A stretch of 59,822 bases of DNA, taken from contig CAYIXI010000005.1 of assembly GCA_964367235.1 (NCBI GenBank), positions 507-60,328 on the forward strand, given 5' to 3'. This document shows, in pieces, positions 57,480 to 59,822 of this stretch. The stretch's first letter is position 1; each line of letters starts with the position of its first letter. The DNA comes from an uncultured Chitinophagaceae bacterium. Its GTDB lineage: Bacteria > Bacteroidota > Ignavibacteria > UBA10030 > UBA8401. Both the position numbers and the translations under genes were made by a program. The notes beneath the pieces were generated by a model. It searched no databases and was not told where the DNA came from. It worked only from the letters and a program-made list of their open reading frames with translations.

Positions 57480-58415
57480 TCAATGTTCAAGCCATCGTTC
57501 CGCATCAATTGCCGCCATGCAACCTGTACCAGCGGCAGATATTGCTTGTCTATAATATGAATCGGCAACATCGCCAGCGGCAAAAACACCCGATATAATA
57601 GTACGAGTTGAACCAGGCTCAATTTTTAAATATCCTTTTTCATCAAGTGGCAAAATATTTTTAAATAATTTTGTGTTTGGCTCATGACCAATCGCAAGAA
57701 ATAATCCATCGGCTTTTACTTCGGTTATTTCATTTGTCGAAATATTTTTTAAATTCAAGCCCGTCATTTTCTTTTTATTGTTTGAAGTTTCTCCAAGCAC
57801 TTCATCAACAACTGAATTATACACTACTTCAACTTTCGGATTTTTTAATAATCTTTCAATCATAATTTTTGATGCGCGAAATTCATCGCGACGATGAACT
57901 AAAATAACTTTCGATGCAAACTTAGTTAAAAAATTTGCCTCTTCCATCGCAGAGTCTCCTCCTCCAACGACATAAACGATTTGATTTTTGAAAAAGAAAC
58001 CATCGCAAGTTGCACAAGCCGAAACACCATAACCCATATATTCCGTTTCGCTCTGAATATTTAAAAGTTTTGCTTTTGCGCCAGTTGAAATTATTACACT
58101 ATCGGCAGTAAACATTTCTTCATCGACAAATATTTTAAAAGGTCGATTTGAGAAATCAACTTTCGTTACAGTTTTGTAAATTGATTTCGCTCCAAATCGG
58201 TGCGCTTGATTTCGAAAAATATCCATCAATTCTGGTCCCATAATTCCATTTACAAATCCGGGATAATTTTCAACTTCGGTTGTGATTGTAAGTTGTCCGC
58301 CGGGTTGCTCGCCTTCAAAAATTATTGGCGAAAGATTTGCGCGACTTGCATAAATTGCCGCAGTAAATCCTGCAGGACCTGAACCGATTATTAAAACTTT
58401 ACTGTGATTAGACAT
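57480..58415 (-). CDS. trxB: Thioredoxin-disulfide reductase
   Basis: GSGPAG, GGQL, CATCDG, GGGDSA, AAGD. Confidence 0.97.
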   Translation of the reverse strand: MSNHSKVLIIGSGPAGFTAAIYASRANLSPIIFEGEQPGGQLTITTEVENYPGFVNGIMGPELMDIFRNQAHRFGAKSIYKTVTKVDFSNRPFKIFVDEEMFTADSVIISTGAKAKLLNIQSETEYMGYGVSACATCDGFFFKNQIVYVVGGGDSAMEEANFLTKFASKVILVHRRDEFRASKIMIERLLKNPKVEVVYNSVVDEVLGETSNNKKKMTGLNLKNISTNEITEVKADGLFLAIGHEPNTKLFKNILPLDEKGYLKIEPGSTRTIISGVFAAGDVADSYYRQAISAAGTGCMAAIDAERWLEH

Positions 58416-58427
58416 ATTTTCCTTTAA

Positions 58428-58565
58428 TTATTTTTTTAAGATTTCTGCATTTCGTTTTAAGTTATTTAATTTTATTCTTTTAATCGGAGAATTTTTAAAC
58501 CTCTCCAAATATTTTTCATCATTCATTTCTAAAATATTTTCTAAATTCAAGTTTGTTTCATTGTT
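58428..58565 (-). pseudogene. Orphan 3' fragment of queG (last 45 codons plus stop)
   Basis: Translates to NNETNLNLENILEMNDEKYLERFKNSPIKRIKLNNLKRNAEILKK*; 28/45 identical to the queG C-terminus encoded at 59200-59340. Confidence 0.9.
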
Positions 58566-58587
58566 TCGCGTGTGTCTTACCAATGGA

Positions 58588-58719
58588 CACTAACGGTTTG
58601 GGGGTTGGCGAAGGTTGGGGATTCAAAGTACAAATGTTCAATTTAGTACAAATGTTTATTAAATGCAGAAACACTAAAACCCGCACTAACTCGGCAATTG
58701 AATATACACGCTGTTATGA
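58588..58719 (-). mobile_element. attC-like recombination site downstream of a small ORF
   Basis: Minus strand: stop, 6 nt, TCATAAC ... ~120 nt ... GTTAGTG; the AAC/GTT ends resemble attC core boxes, internal pairing is poor. Confidence 0.5.
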
Positions 58720-58725
58720 GATGGG

Positions 58726-59001
58726 CTATTTCATGCTTAAAACTGTAAAAAATGTCCCAATACAGTAACATACAATTAAGATGAGCTGACTTGTTTTCTC
58801 TGGTTTTGAATCACCACCCCAAGTTGTCACATTAACCAAAAAACCTAATGTTCCAAATGAGTAGAATAATGCTGATAAAATCATTGGAAAGTTTTTCTCA
58901 AAAAATTCACAATTCATTTTACCAGTGAAAAAAATTGTTGTTAATATCACAACAGATATTACAGCAAGGAATTTCAAATATGACATAATGACTTCTTTCA
59001 T
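58726..59001 (-). CDS. Small orphan membrane protein (gene-cassette-like)
   Basis: 91 aa, three hydrophobic segments, followed directly by the attC-like site. Confidence 0.65.
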   Translation of the reverse strand: MKEVIMSYLKFLAVISVVILTTIFFTGKMNCEFFEKNFPMILSALFYSFGTLGFLVNVTTWGGDSKPEKTSQLILIVCYCIGTFFTVLSMK

Positions 59002-59038
59002 ATTTAATCTTATTTTAAAATTATTGTTTTGATGTGTT

Positions 59039-59167
59039 CTACTGTTTCAGCACATTTGATAAACTTCTTTCATCATATTGCCCATTTCCGGTTACACTTT
59101 CAAATAGCCATTTTTTTGGTGTATATATTTTGTAATATTCTCTAAGTAATAGTAATATTTTTTCTGA
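59039..59167 (-). pseudogene. Internal fragment of a tyrosine integrase (Bacteroidota XerD/integron-like type)
   Basis: Translates to SEKILLLLREYYKIYTPKKWLFESVTGNGQYDERSLSNVLKQ*, the LREY..Y.P..WLFE....Y..RS segment that precedes the HxLRH box; no start codon or flanking domains. Confidence 0.75.
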
Positions 59168-59183
59168 TTTAAATTATAATGTT

Positions 59184-59200
59184 GAACTCCTGCGGAGTTC
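59184..59200. repeat. REP-like palindrome touching the queG stop codon
   Basis: GAACTCCTGCGGAGTTC preceded by AATGTT; same family as 39551-39574. Confidence 0.7.
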
Positions 59201-59822
59201 TAATTTTTTTTTATTAATTCTGCATTTCTTTTTATCCCAATTAATTTTATTCTTTTAATCGGGCTATTTTTAAATCTTGTTGAAAAATCATTTTGAGTCA
59301 GATTTGTAATCTCTTCCAAATTCAAATTTGTTTGATTGTTAATCGGCGAAAATACTTTTACATCGCTCATAGTTTCAAACCTATTCCACGGACAAACATC
59401 TTGACAAATATCGCAACCAAAAATCCAATTGTCAAATTTTTTACCAATTTCATTTTCGATTTCACCGCGATGCTCAATGGTTAAATACGAAATACATTTG
59501 TTCGAATCAACCACATACGGCTGAACTATTGCATTTGTTGGGCAAGCATCGATGCATGCTGTGCAACTTCCGCAAAAATTTTCGCTTGGCAAATCGCTAT
59601 CAAGTTTAGTTGTGGTTAAAATTGTAGCGAGAAAAATCCACGAGCCAAAATTTTTTGAAATTAAATTGCTATGTTTTCCTCTCCAACCAATTCCAGATTT
59701 TTGTGCGAAATATTTTTCCAAAATTGGACCTGTGTCAACATAAAATTTATATTCTCCGTTAGTATCAATTTCTTTGATGCAATCAATCAGCAATTTTATT
59801 TTCGCTTCCAAAACTTCGTGGT
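59200..59822 (-). CDS. queG: Epoxyqueuosine reductase QueG (5' part outside window)
   Basis: VDTGPILEK, GSWIFL, CGSCTACIDACPT, CISYLTIE, FGCDICQDVCPWN. Confidence 0.95.
   Translation of the reverse strand, partial: HEVLEAKIKLLIDCIKEIDTNGEYKFYVDTGPILEKYFAQKSGIGWRGKHSNLISKNFGSWIFLATILTTTKLDSDLPSENFCGSCTACIDACPTNAIVQPYVVDSNKCISYLTIEHRGEIENEIGKKFDNWIFGCDICQDVCPWNRFETMSDVKVFSPINNQTNLNLEEITNLTQNDFSTRFKNSPIKRIKLIGIKRNAELIKKN

Noticed and set aside
58553-58768. 71-aa plus-strand ORF
   Set aside because: Spans the attC-like site and overlaps the membrane ORF antisense; likely spurious

Overview
AT-rich (roughly 30% GC by eye) chromosomal segment of an FCB-group bacterium, most like Ignavibacteria or related Bacteroidota lineages. 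This is inferred from T9SS-type genes, a stand-alone atpDC pair, TAnnTTTG promoter boxes and GGAG Shine-Dalgarno sites. Most of it is densely packed housekeeping and envelope genes (mnmA, alr, atpDC, nadK, an LPS cluster, leuS, rpmB, pgsA-pgpA-cinA-recA-recX, prs-rplY-rpsF-rpsR-rplI, M16/M24 peptidases, a DEAD-box helicase, cstA, rnhB, rimO, trxB, queG) plus tRNA-Thr(CGT) and tRNA-Gln(CTG). No CRISPR array, rRNA or intact IS was seen. The most notable signals are below gene scale. (1) Tiny hairpin elements (a 22-27 bp TGCCAAAGGCATCCCTTYGGGAC element and CCCGCC-type hairpins) sit inside other repeats, inside a terminator and in-frame inside protein C-termini. (2) At the right end, queG appears to have had its 3' end replaced: a diverged orphan tail remains in front of trxB, and the DNA between the two tails holds an integrase fragment, a small membrane ORF and an attC-like site. 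(3) A full-length tyrosine recombinase homolog with three catalytic positions substituted heads the leuS/LPS operon. (4) A degenerate class III nucleotide cyclase and an archaeal-type DGGGP synthase lie in one operon. All product calls come from motif recognition by eye; no database searches were run.
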